Below are positions 10,256-19,387 of a DNA stretch of 64,000 nt, piece after piece. The DNA is from an uncultured Pseudomonadota bacterium (lineage in GTDB: Bacteria > UBA10199 > JADFYH01), in the NCBI GenBank assembly GCA_964556135.1, contig CAZKUY010000001.1, positions 114,750-178,749 of the forward strand, given 5' to 3'. The position numbers were made by a program, and so were the translations under genes. How positions within the stretch are numbered: position 1 is the first letter of the stretch; each line of letters starts with the position of its first letter. The notes below the pieces were generated by a model. The model saw only the letters and a program-made list of their open reading frames with translations, was not told where the DNA came from and ran no database searches.

Positions 10256-11083
10256 CTAACAAGGCTTTTTTAACTGGGGCTCAGAGCGGCCTTTGACTCC
10301 AAATTTTGAGATAAGAGAGCGAAAAGTCCTTGGAAAATGTCGAAGGATAAAAATTAGGACTTTTGCATGAAAGGTAATAATGGCTTGGGGTTTTCGGGCT
10401 TGAATGGCTTTGTAAATTTGACGTGCCGCTTTATGAGCAGACATTTGAATCCACTTTGGAATGGGATCTTTCGCGTGATCCCGAAAAACTCCCTTGTTAT
10501 TTACTAAGCGAATTTCACTTTCGATAAATCCTGGACAAATCAAAGTGACAGAAACTCCGAATGGCTTCCATTCATAAAAAAGTGATTCTGCAAAGGCCCG
10601 TACCGCAAATTTACTCATCGCGTAGGGAGAGCCTTCGGGCAAAGCAATATAACTGTTCACACTTCCTACAATGGCGAGCCGGCCTTTATTTTGGATGAGT
10701 TCTTTTGAAAAAACTTTTGCGCTGAGAATAACACCATCGATATTTGTTTTGAATTGGCGATGATAATCTTCTAATTCGAGAGAAGAGAAGGGGCCCGCGA
10801 CTCCAAAGCCTGCATTGGCAATGACAGTGTCGATTCGTCCAAATCTTTCCAGACTTTGATCTAACGCTTTTTGTAAATCTTCTTGTTGGGTGACATCGCA
10901 AGCTACAACCAGCACTTCAGAGCCGAGTGCACGACATTTTTCTGCGATCGCGCTTAGTTTATCCATCCGGCGAGCCGCTAAAACAAGGGAAGACCCATGT
11001 TGAGCGTATTCTTCCGCTAGCGCAGCGCCAATTCCTGAAGAAGCACCTGTGATAAAAACGACTTGTTTGTTCGGATTATTCAT
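10256..11083 (-). CDS. SDR family oxidoreductase
   Basis: ITGASSGIGAALA, NAG and YAMSKFA (Y-x3-K) motifs. Confidence 0.85.
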   Translation of the reverse strand: MNNPNKQVVFITGASSGIGAALAEEYAQHGSSLVLAARRMDKLSAIAEKCRALGSEVLVVACDVTQQEDLQKALDQSLERFGRIDTVIANAGFGVAGPFSSLELEDYHRQFKTNIDGVILSAKVFSKELIQNKGRLAIVGSVNSYIALPEGSPYAMSKFAVRAFAESLFYEWKPFGVSVTLICPGFIESEIRLVNNKGVFRDHAKDPIPKWIQMSAHKAARQIYKAIQARKPQAIITFHAKVLIFILRHFPRTFRSLISKFGVKGRSEPQLKKPC

Positions 11084-11145
11084 ATCAATAGTATTTGTGT
11101 AACAAGAATGAAGCGAGAGTCAACTTCAGAAAGAAGGAGTTTTTC

Positions 11146-11844
11146 ATGCTTAAGAAAAGGCCTGCAGGTGAGCGAGGACATTTTAACTTTGGATGGCTTG
11201 ATACGAACCATAGTTTTTCCTTTGGCGAATATTATGATCCAGCCCACATGGGATTCAGAAGTTTGCGCGTCATCAACGACGATGTGATCATGGGCGGCCA
11301 AGGTTTTGGAACCCATCCTCATCAAAATATGGAAATTTTAACTTATGTGTTGGAAGGGGAGTTGGCTCATAAGGATAGCATGGGTACAGGATCCGTTATT
11401 TATCCGGGCGATGTGCAACGCATGAGTGCGGGAACTGGAGTGACGCATAGTGAATTCAATAATTCAGAAGTAGAGGCTTCGCATCTTTTACAAATTTGGG
11501 TCATCCCTGAAAAAGAAGGCCTCAAGCCTAGTTACGAACAAAGGAATTTTGATGAATCGGAAAAAAAGAATCGTCTTCGTCTCATTGCTTCACGAAATGG
11601 AGATGAAGGTTCAGTGGTGATGCATCAAGACATCAAAATTTATTCCTCGATCTTGGAAGATTCTCAAAATTTATCTTTTACCGCCTCTCCTCAGCGCTAT
11701 TATTGGATACAGATGGTAAAGGGAAATTTGTCCGTAAATGGAATGGGCTTACAAAGCGGGGACGGTCTGGCCATCGAAAAAGAAGCTCAGTTGGATTTTA
11801 AAGCCTCGGAAAATTCGGAGTTTTTACTTTTCGACTTGGCGTAA
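11146..11844 (+). CDS. pirin family protein (YhhW-like)
   Basis: ATG at 11146 follows GAAGGAG. HSFSFGEYYDP, GFGTHPHQNMEILTYVLEG and HSEFN cupin motifs. Confidence 0.85.
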   Translation: MLKKRPAGERGHFNFGWLDTNHSFSFGEYYDPAHMGFRSLRVINDDVIMGGQGFGTHPHQNMEILTYVLEGELAHKDSMGTGSVIYPGDVQRMSAGTGVTHSEFNNSEVEASHLLQIWVIPEKEGLKPSYEQRNFDESEKKNRLRLIASRNGDEGSVVMHQDIKIYSSILEDSQNLSFTASPQRYYWIQMVKGNLSVNGMGLQSGDGLAIEKEAQLDFKASENSEFLLFDLA

Positions 11845-11900
11845 AAAAGAATGAGGCTCTCAAAAAACGCCTTGTAGTTTTAAAAGTCAGGAGTTAGTTA

Positions 11901-11999
11901 GAATCGGTCTCATAAATAGTCTCCAATAGAGACCGATTCCACGAATGGTCTCTGCCGGTGAGCCCTCTCGGGCTCAGCTATCTTATTTAAGAGACCATT
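11901..11999 (+). repeat. two related hairpins sharing the half-site GAAT(C)GGTCTC, just upstream of the slyD-like RBS
   Basis: 11901-11911 pairs perfectly (11 bp) with 11929-11939. 11944-11953 pairs perfectly (10 bp) with 11990-11999 and encloses a 7-bp hairpin TGAGCCC-TCTC-GGGCTCA. Confidence 0.5.
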
Positions 12000-12020
12000 T
12001 GTAATTTAAAAGGAGAATTT

Positions 12021-12488
12021 ATGTCGAAAAAAGTTGTTTCGTTTCATTACACACTGAAAGATCCCGCAGGTAAGCAATTGGATTCCTCACAAGGTCAGCC
12101 CCCACTCACTTTCATGGAAGGCGTGGGCCAAATCATTCCTGGCTTGGAAAAAGAAATCATCACTTTGAAAACAGGCGATAAAAAGAATGTAAAAGTGAAA
12201 GCGGTCGATGCTTACGGTGAAAGAGATGAACGTTACGTAGTGAAAGTTCCTCGACAAAATTTTCCAGAAGGCGACATTCAAGTGGGGGATGAGTTCCAAT
12301 CTTCTGAAGATCAAGGTGCTCATCCTTTTCGCGTCGTTGGTGTGACTCCCCAAGAAGTCACTTTAGATGCCAATCATCCTCTCGCCAGTGTTGATCTCGA
12401 TTTTGATGTAGAAATTGTAGATGTTCGTGAAGCCAGCGAAGAAGAATTATCGCATGGTCATGCGCATGGTCCGGGCGGACATCACTAA
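12021..12488 (+). CDS. slyD: FKBP-type peptidyl-prolyl cis-trans isomerase, SlyD-like
   Basis: V-x-F-HYTL start, IPGLE motif, insert-in-flap region, His-rich tail HGHAHGPGGHH. Confidence 0.8.
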   Translation: MSKKVVSFHYTLKDPAGKQLDSSQGQPPLTFMEGVGQIIPGLEKEIITLKTGDKKNVKVKAVDAYGERDERYVVKVPRQNFPEGDIQVGDEFQSSEDQGAHPFRVVGVTPQEVTLDANHPLASVDLDFDVEIVDVREASEEELSHGHAHGPGGHH

Positions 12489-12490
12489 AA

Positions 12491-13654
12491 TTAGCGGCGT
12501 CGTCCTCTGCCGAAGGGTTTAATGACCATTTCCTTGTAGGCTTCCACTCCTGGAGTGGAGCAACGAGGCAGTTCAAAACCCAAGTGTTTTTCAAAATCCT
12601 TAATTCTCAGCGTTTCAGCCCAGGTCACAATCGTCGATACGGTGCCGAGTTCCTCTGCGCGAGCGGTTCTGCCTGCGCGATGAATGTATTCCTCGACGGT
12701 ATCTGGAATTTCAAAATTCACCACATGTTGAATGGACGGCACATCGATGCCTCGTGATGCAATAGCGGTCGCGACGAGAATTCGATGAGAACCTTCTCGA
12801 AAACCTTGCAAGGCATGCGTTCTTTCTTTTTGACTGCGATCTGAATGAATGCGTGCGACGTCTTGTCCTTCGGTTTCTAAAACTCGACAAATCCAATCGG
12901 TGTCCATCTTAGTTTGGGTGAAGACTAAGGTTGAGCCGGGTTCATTATGAATGAGGGAAAGCAAGCAGGCTTTCTTATCTTCAGGTTGAACGATATAAAT
13001 GCGATGATCAATTCCAGAAGCAGTTTTATTTTCCGGAAGAATATCGACACGCACAGGATTTGATAAAAATTGTTGGGCTAAACGCTCAATCGTCGAGGGC
13101 ATCGTTGCTGAAAACATCATGGTATGGCGTTCTTTGGGAAGCTGCTGCAAAATCTCACGAATCTGCGGCAAAAAACCTAAATCGAGCATATGATCCGCTT
13201 CATCTAAAACCAATTGGCTGATTTTACTCAAATTGACTTGGCCCTTTTCGAGATGGTCCGCGAGACGTCCTGGTGTTGCGACGATGATATCGGGGTTCTT
13301 ACTGAGGTCTTTAAGCTGCGGCTTGAAAGGGACACCGCCAATAATGCAAATGGTGTCGAGCTGGTGATGCTGGCCAAATAAGTCTAGAAATTGCTTGGTT
13401 TGCAGGGCAATTTCCCGAGTGGGGCAGAGGATTAAGCCGCGCAGTCCTTCTCCATGAAGTAGTCGCTCGGAAAGCGGAATGCAAAAAGCGGCGGTTTTAC
13501 CGGAGCCTGTTTGCGCTAAGCCAATCACATCCTTACCTTCAAGGGCAATAGGGATGACTTTTTCCTGAATGGGCGTGGGTTTGGTGAAACCTACTTGTTG
13601 GATTGAGTTAATTATCGCAGCGGATAAACCGAGGGAGTCGAAGTTTTGCATCAT
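12491..13654 (-). CDS. DEAD-box ATP-dependent RNA helicase (RhlE-like)
   Basis: AQTGSGKT, PTRELA, DEAD, SAT and HRAGRTAR motifs all present. Confidence 0.9.
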   Translation of the reverse strand: MMQNFDSLGLSAAIINSIQQVGFTKPTPIQEKVIPIALEGKDVIGLAQTGSGKTAAFCIPLSERLLHGEGLRGLILCPTREIALQTKQFLDLFGQHHQLDTICIIGGVPFKPQLKDLSKNPDIIVATPGRLADHLEKGQVNLSKISQLVLDEADHMLDLGFLPQIREILQQLPKERHTMMFSATMPSTIERLAQQFLSNPVRVDILPENKTASGIDHRIYIVQPEDKKACLLSLIHNEPGSTLVFTQTKMDTDWICRVLETEGQDVARIHSDRSQKERTHALQGFREGSHRILVATAIASRGIDVPSIQHVVNFEIPDTVEEYIHRAGRTARAEELGTVSTIVTWAETLRIKDFEKHLGFELPRCSTPGVEAYKEMVIKPFGRGRRR

Positions 13655-13667
13655 AAGGTTCTGTTGT

Positions 13668-13871
13668 CTAAGGCCAAAAAAGGAAAATACTTAGACCAAT
13701 TCCTACCAATAAGGATACTAAAAAATTAGGGATAAAATAGGTGTAGGCAATGAGCACAACTCCCAAGAGCATATGGCGTGCGCTGGAATTTTGCTTTCCG
13801 TAGCGCCAGGCGGAGATGCCGACGATTCCGAAAAAAAATCCTAATAGGATATTCCCAAGCTCGAAGTTCAT
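13668..13871 (-). CDS. small membrane protein (67 aa), hypothetical
   Basis: Two or three hydrophobic helices, 13 nt upstream of the helicase gene on the same strand. Confidence 0.45.
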   Translation of the reverse strand: MNFELGNILLGFFFGIVGISAWRYGKQNSSARHMLLGVVLIAYTYFIPNFLVSLLVGIGLSIFLFWP

Positions 13872-13968
13872 TTTTCAGAGAATCCTTTGATTCATATTGC
13901 TTTAGGGCATGAGATATAGAGTATAAACTTCTTAAGGAAAGCTGAATAGGATTTTTTTGGAGGCTGCG

Positions 13969-15000
13969 ATGAAGTATTATCAAAACTGGCAGGGAGAAAA
14001 ACAATCGGCCTATCTCTATACCGTGATGGCGAAAAAAGAAAAGGATTCTCCTCATGAGAAACTTTTTACCAAGCTTGCCCATGAAGCCGAAAGCCAGTCT
14101 AAAATTTGGGAAGAGAAAATGCGTAAAACGGGTGAGGCGATCCCTGCATTTAAACCCGATGTCCGCACCCGCATTGTTGCCTCTTTGATTGGTATTTTTG
14201 GACCCAAACGATTGGGCTTTATTTTGCCTGCGATGAAAATTCGAGGTATGTCCGCTTACTCTTCGACCCCGCCAGGCCATCCTGTTTATACAAAGGTAGA
14301 ACAAATTGGACGACGCCATCGCGGAAGTGCAGTCGGTGGAAATTTGCGGGCGGCTGTTTTTGGAGTGAGTGATGGACTTGTTTCTAATACGAGTTTAATT
14401 TTGGGAATTGCCGGTGCCTCCAATGATGTTGGATTTATCTTACTCTCGGGCATCGCAGGTTTACTCGCCGGTGCATTTTCGATGGCGGCTGGTGAATATA
14501 TTTCAGTGAAATCCCAACGCGAAATGTTCGAGCATCAAATCGAGTTAGAGAAAAAAGAACTTGAAGAATATCCTGAAGAAGAAGCCTTAGAGTTGGCTAT
14601 GATTTATGAAGCCAAGGGCTTAGACGCGGTGGATGCCAAAAATCTTGCTGATAAACTTATTTCGAATCCTCATCGTGCTTTAGATACTTTGGCCAAAGAA
14701 GAGTTGGGATTAAATGTAGATGAGTTGGGTTCGCCTTATGGAGCCGCCTTTTTTTCTTTCATCGCCTTTGCTATGGGAGCCTTCATTCCACTTTTACCTT
14801 TTTTCATTTGGAAAGAACATACAGGTTTACATTGGACTCTTATTTTATCCGGTATTTTTCTTTTCATCATTGGGGCAGTTTTGAGTCTTTTTACGGGGCG
14901 TCGCGGATTCTATAGTGGCCTTCGAATGCTTGCGATTGGTGCGGTTGCGGGTGGTATTACTTATTTCATCGGTAAATGGCTGGGAGTGGCGCTCAGTTAA
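13969..15000 (+). CDS. VIT1/CCC1 family iron/manganese transporter with N-terminal ferritin-like domain
   Basis: ATG at 13969 after GGAGG. AAVFGVSDGLVSNTSLILG and SMAAGEYISVKSQRE motifs typical of the VIT family. Confidence 0.8.
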   Translation: MKYYQNWQGEKQSAYLYTVMAKKEKDSPHEKLFTKLAHEAESQSKIWEEKMRKTGEAIPAFKPDVRTRIVASLIGIFGPKRLGFILPAMKIRGMSAYSSTPPGHPVYTKVEQIGRRHRGSAVGGNLRAAVFGVSDGLVSNTSLILGIAGASNDVGFILLSGIAGLLAGAFSMAAGEYISVKSQREMFEHQIELEKKELEEYPEEEALELAMIYEAKGLDAVDAKNLADKLISNPHRALDTLAKEELGLNVDELGSPYGAAFFSFIAFAMGAFIPLLPFFIWKEHTGLHWTLILSGIFLFIIGAVLSLFTGRRGFYSGLRMLAIGAVAGGITYFIGKWLGVALS

Positions 15001-15009
15001 AGAATTTTT

Positions 15010-15894
15010 ATGAAAGCAAAAAATAATCAAAGTTACAGACGCATGATCGGTTCTGAAGGCCAAGCAGAGATTCAACGCCTTGGTCTTCGTCGCCATTTTT
15101 GGAGTGATCTCTATCATTTTATATTGAAAATTTCTTGGTTTCGATTGGCGCTCGTTGCCTGTGGGCTTTTTATCGGAGTGAATAGTTTATTTGCGCTGCT
15201 TTATTTGGCAGGTGGCAACGTAATTGAAAATGCGAGACCTGGTTCTTTTGAGGATGCTTTCTTTTTCAGCGTTCAAACTATTGCGACGATCGGCTATGGA
15301 AAAATGGCACCCGTCGGTTTTTATGCGAATAGTGTCATGACGCTAGAAGTTTTCACGGGTTTAGTTTCGCTCACGATGATGACGGGATTAATTTTAGCTA
15401 AATTTTCTCGACCGACTGCACGCATTCTCTTTAGTCGCACAGCAGTGATTACTCCTTATGAAGGAGTCCCGAGTTTAATGTTCCGTATGGCCAATGAACG
15501 CATGAATCGAGTCGTGCAAGCTCAATTGCAGTTGAGCTTAATTAAAAACGAAACGACTCGGGATGGTTTTTTTCTGCGGCGCTTTCATGACATGAAACTC
15601 ATTCGATCTCAGACACCGGTTTTTGGTTTAACTTGGCTAGCCATCCATCCCATCGACGAGACCAGTCCGCTTTATCAGCAAGATCACGAATCTCTGCTTA
15701 CACAAGAGGTGGAAATCGTCGCCAGCTTCACCGGAATCGACGATACTTTCCTGCAAAGCATCCATAAACAGCACTCTTATATCCCTGATGAAATTGTTCG
15801 AGATGCTCAATTCGAAGATGTTTTTATATTTAATTCGGAGGGTGATCTCAAAATCGACTTTAACAAGTTTCATCAAGTGCTACGCAGCTCATAA
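15010..15894 (+). CDS. inward-rectifier potassium channel (KirBac-like)
   Basis: Selectivity filter TIATIGYG between two TM helices. C-terminal beta-rich cytoplasmic domain. Confidence 0.8.
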   Translation: MKAKNNQSYRRMIGSEGQAEIQRLGLRRHFWSDLYHFILKISWFRLALVACGLFIGVNSLFALLYLAGGNVIENARPGSFEDAFFFSVQTIATIGYGKMAPVGFYANSVMTLEVFTGLVSLTMMTGLILAKFSRPTARILFSRTAVITPYEGVPSLMFRMANERMNRVVQAQLQLSLIKNETTRDGFFLRRFHDMKLIRSQTPVFGLTWLAIHPIDETSPLYQQDHESLLTQEVEIVASFTGIDDTFLQSIHKQHSYIPDEIVRDAQFEDVFIFNSEGDLKIDFNKFHQVLRSS

Positions 15895-16070
15895 AATTAT
15901 TTTCTTCAGATTTCGTATAGCTTTCAGACAGATAGTATCTCCTGCAGGAATGGACCGAATTTTGCCTCCTTCCGGTCGTCTTTCATTTTCTCGTAAAATT
16001 ATAAAACGTTAATAAAAACAGAAGACGAAATCTTTACGCGGGTTTTTTCTTCTCAATCAAGGAGAGAAAA

Positions 16071-18119
16071 ATGAACAGGATCAAGACCTGGGGGCTGATC
16101 GTTGCATGCATGGCTCTATTTATGCCATCCCTGGCATCCGCAGCATCGACCCCGTCAAATAGAATAGTAGCGTATTATACAAACTGGGCGCAGTACAGGC
16201 CGGGCGAATGTAAATTCACACCGCAAAATATTAAAGCCGAGTATCTCACCCATCTCAATTACGCCTTCGCAAAAATCGGACCCGACGACAAAGTACAGCC
16301 TGTCGAGTGGAATGATTTTTTAGATTATGCGCCAGGCATGTATCAACAAGTGAATGCGATTAAAACTCAGTACCCGCATCTGAAAACTTTAATTTCGATC
16401 GGGGGATGGACGCTGAGTAATCAATTTCCAGCCACCGCTTCATCCGCCTCGCGCCGAGCCACTTTCATTCAATCTTCCATTCAATATGCTAGAACTCACG
16501 GCTTCGATGGAATTGATCTCGATTGGGAATATCCTGGCTTTGCTGAGCATTCCGGTACGCCACAAGATAAACAAAATTTCACCTCACTTCTCCGAGAATT
16601 CAGACAAGCGATTAACGCTGAAAATTTGCCTGCGGGAAAATCTCGATTACTACTCACCATTGCTTCTCCTGCAGGTGAAAGTAATTACAACAATATGGAT
16701 CTGGCCCAAATTCACCAGTATTTGGATTGGCTGAATGTCATGACTTACGATTTTCATGGATCCTGGGATTCTGTCTCAGGGGTGAATTCACCTTTGATGC
16801 ATGATTCCGCACCCGGTGGGACTTTTTATATCGACTATACGGTAAATGGTTATTTAAGTCGGGGCGTGCCGGCGGATAAAATCGTTTTAGGAATGCCCAC
16901 CTATGGTCGCTCTTTCGGAGGCGTGCAAGGCACAGCTCCCCATAGTCCGAAGAATCCTGCGGCCGTAGCACCTCGCGGGCGTTGCACTCAGGAAAATGGT
17001 TTCATCGCTTATTATGAAATTAAAGAAATGATTAATAGCGGCGCATACTATAAAGCCTGGGATGCAAATACGGAAACGCCTTATGCTTATGACGGACAAG
17101 GAAATTGGATTTCTTTCGACGATGATGTTTCTACTGCAAAAAAATTAAGTTATTTGCAAAGTAAGAATCTGGGTGGCGCTATGGTTTGGGCCATGGATTT
17201 AGATGAGCGCTATGCTTTGATTGGTCTGATGGCACAAACTCTACGCGGTGTGACTCCTCCTGCGCCGAGTCCGACGCCGACCCCCACACCTACACCGACC
17301 CCCACTCCAACTCCTACGCCAACACCGACTCCTACTCCTACTCCAACGCCTGCGCCGGGAGCACCTTTAACTCAAATCTTATCACCGGATTTGAAATTGG
17401 AAATGGTGGTGGATTCTTCTTGGGGAACGACCGAGCCGTGGAGTGGAGCGAGCATGAAAGCGGTGCTCACCAATACGGGCACTAAATCTTTCTCTCAAGT
17501 TCAATTGAAAGCGAATGCGGGTTCGACCCTTGACGTGTGGAGCATGGATGCAGTTTCTAAAACAGCCACGGAAACAGTCATGCAATTTCCTTCTTGGCAG
17601 GCAGGTTTAGCGCCAGGAAAATCTTTTGCCTTTGGATTTAGCATTGCGCCGAATTCAGCGCCGACTTTCACTGTGCATCAGGCCACCGAGTTGCCGGGAA
17701 GTAGTCCTTCACCTGCACCGACTCCAACGCCTACACCTACACCCACGCCGACTCCAACTCCAACTCCAGCGCCGGTGCCCACGCCTCCTGCTAACGGTGG
17801 CATGACTCAAATCTTAGCGAATGGACTCACGGCAACGATGCACATTGATAATCAGTGGGGAACCACAGAATCTTGGGCGGGCGCAAGCGTGACCGTGACA
17901 GTGAAAAACACTACACCTTCAACGACCTTTAATCCCTTGAGGATAGGAGCCGACATGGGAGCGGGTCTCAATATTTGGAGCATGGATGCCGTCTCCAAAA
18001 CGGCGAATGAAACGGTTGTGCAGTTGCCGAATTATCAGAAGAGCTTGAAACCAGGTCAGTCTTACAGTTTTGGTTTCACGGTATCGCCGATTCGGATTCC
18101 AGTTTTGGGTCTCAAGTAA
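16071..18119 (+). CDS. secreted GH18 chitinase with two C-terminal CBM2-like modules
   Basis: Signal peptide ending in [16 protein letters not shown] catalytic motif, [18 protein letters not shown]. Two homologous ~100-aa modules (W..G...V.V.N...W...G.S..FGF) follow Pro-Thr linkers. Confidence 0.85.
   Translation: MNRIKTWGLIVACMALFMPSLASAASTPSNRIVAYYTNWAQYRPGECKFTPQNIKAEYLTHLNYAFAKIGPDDKVQPVEWNDFLDYAPGMYQQVNAIKTQYPHLKTLISIGGWTLSNQFPATASSASRRATFIQSSIQYARTHGFDGIDLDWEYPGFAEHSGTPQDKQNFTSLLREFRQAINAENLPAGKSRLLLTIASPAGESNYNNMDLAQIHQYLDWLNVMTYDFHGSWDSVSGVNSPLMHDSAPGGTFYIDYTVNGYLSRGVPADKIVLGMPTYGRSFGGVQGTAPHSPKNPAAVAPRGRCTQENGFIAYYEIKEMINSGAYYKAWDANTETPYAYDGQGNWISFDDDVSTAKKLSYLQSKNLGGAMVWAMDLDERYALIGLMAQTLRGVTPPAPSPTPTPTPTPTPTPTPTPTPTPTPTPTPAPGAPLTQILSPDLKLEMVVDSSWGTTEPWSGASMKAVLTNTGTKSFSQVQLKANAGSTLDVWSMDAVSKTATETVMQFPSWQAGLAPGKSFAFGFSIAPNSAPTFTVHQATELPGSSPSPAPTPTPTPTPTPTPTPTPAPVPTPPANGGMTQILANGLTATMHIDNQWGTTESWAGASVTVTVKNTTPSTTFNPLRIGADMGAGLNIWSMDAVSKTANETVVQLPNYQKSLKPGQSYSFGFTVSPIRIPVLGLK
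17271..17348 (+). repeat. 13 x (CCN ACN) Pro-Thr linker repeat
   Basis: Direct reading gives 13 consecutive Pro-Thr codon pairs. Confidence 0.9.
17718..17765 (+). repeat. 8 x (CCN ACN) Pro-Thr linker repeat
   Basis: Direct reading gives 8 consecutive Pro-Thr codon pairs. Confidence 0.9.
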
Positions 18120-18137
18120 AAGAAGGAAGTATCGCCA

Positions 18138-18179
18138 AGCTTCTCCTCAGTCAAATGAGGAGAAGCTTTTTTATTTTTC
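18138..18179 (+). terminator. rho-independent terminator of the chitinase gene
   Basis: 11-bp stem AGCTTCTCCTC / GAGGAGAAGCT with an 8-nt loop, followed by TTTTTTATTTTT. Confidence 0.7.
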
Positions 18180-18483
18180 TCTCAGGGAATGTAAGTCTTT
18201 AGTAGGGTATTCCCCCGTCTAAAAATCCTCTCTCGCCCGATTGTTTCCAATCCAAAAATAACTAAGATGCCTTCATGTAGTGATGTGGGTCTTTAAAATC
18301 TACAGGGTTGGATCTTCAGGGCCTGGGACAGCCAACCTTATTCTCCAACTGTTACCACCCAAAATCAGGCCTGCACGGTGAGCGTAAGCGAACCGTCCCC
18401 CATTTTTCCTCTCAAGAGCTGTCCTCCTTGGATGAATTAAATCATTCAAGGAGGGCGACTTTCCTTCCTTCAATTTTAATAAA

Positions 18484-18876
18484 TTATTTCAGAGTCACTA
18501 AAATACAGGATCCATCCGCAATCACATTGATGCCGGCTTTTTTACATTCTTCAATAGCCTTTAAACTTTCAGCACCAGGTTGCATCCAAATATTTTGAAC
18601 TCCTTTTTGAAGAGCCTCTTCAATGATTTTTTCTGTTACAGCAGGAGGAGTGATGATTGAAATACTTTTTGTTTCCGAAGGTAAGTCAATGACACTCGCG
18701 AATGCATCGATTCCTTCGACATTTTTTTCGTGGGGGTTAATCGGATAAGCCTTTAAAGAACTTGAAAGATATTTCCTCAATACTTTATTTCCAAATTTAG
18801 AACGATCATTTGATGCGCCAACCACGCCAAAAGAGGGAGAAGAAAAGAAACGATCATAGGAATTTTGAGAAGCCAT
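18484..18876 (-). CDS. CoA-binding domain protein (YccU/YneT-like)
   Basis: FGVVGASNDRSKFGNKV and IWMQPGAES motifs. Overlaps the upstream gene by 23 nt. Confidence 0.75.
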   Translation of the reverse strand: MASQNSYDRFFSSPSFGVVGASNDRSKFGNKVLRKYLSSSLKAYPINPHEKNVEGIDAFASVIDLPSETKSISIITPPAVTEKIIEEALQKGVQNIWMQPGAESLKAIEECKKAGINVIADGSCILVTLK

Positions 18877-19387
18877 CGCTTTCTCCTTTCATCAAACAGG
18901 TATTTTCAACTTTCAGACGCGTACGCAGCCACAGCCAATAAAGCCCAGTGAAAACAACTAAAGTATAATAGCAGCCAAAAAGCCATGGGATCAGGATCAA
19001 CTCTAAACTCACTGCAACATAATTAGGATGTTTGATAAATCGATAGGGGCCTTTGCGCAGAGGGGATGTATTCGGTAAAATCCAGATGCGTGTGGTCCAA
19101 CGCTTTCCCAAACTTTTCATGCTCCAAAAACGCAAAGCTTGAGTCAAAAGAATAAGGATGAAAAGGATGGGCCAGTAAGGGGGACTCTGAGTTTTTAAGA
19201 AAAAATATTCGAATGGAAGCGCTACAAAAAAGAAGCTCATCAAAATCACCACCCAAGGGTAATGATTCGACCCAAATTCAACAGCGCCTTGTACTTTTAA
19301 AAATTTTTCGTGCTGGCGGGCAATAAGCAATTCACTAAGACGTTGGGCAGCAATGCAGATTAAAAAAATGACAAAGAAAATTGTCAT
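18854..19387 (-). CDS. isoprenylcysteine carboxyl methyltransferase (ICMT)-family membrane methyltransferase (BpsB/SrsB-like)
   Basis: Polytopic. GPYRFIKHPNYVAV motif. 4-nt ATGA-type overlap with the PKS gene. Confidence 0.75.
   Translation of the reverse strand: MTIFFVIFLICIAAQRLSELLIARQHEKFLKVQGAVEFGSNHYPWVVILMSFFFVALPFEYFFLKTQSPPYWPILFILILLTQALRFWSMKSLGKRWTTRIWILPNTSPLRKGPYRFIKHPNYVAVSLELILIPWLFGCYYTLVVFTGLYWLWLRTRLKVENTCLMKGESDGFSKFL

Noticed and set aside
13726-14319. 197-aa minus-strand ORF
   Set aside because: It is antisense to the well-supported VIT1 gene and runs through its promoter region. Its composition is Arg-rich and low-complexity and it has no RBS.
17271-17765. Short tandem repeats that could be mistaken for a CRISPR-like or VNTR array
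   Set aside because: They are in-frame Pro-Thr linker codons inside the chitinase CDS. There are no spacers and no repeat-spacer periodicity.
18308-18598. 96-aa plus-strand ORF in the chitinase/CoA-binding intergenic region
   Set aside because: It has no RBS, overlaps the 3' end of the CoA-binding gene in antisense, and matches no family. I also looked in the ~300-nt spacer (18180-18483) for a known ncRNA (SRP, 6S or tmRNA-like motifs) and recognised none.
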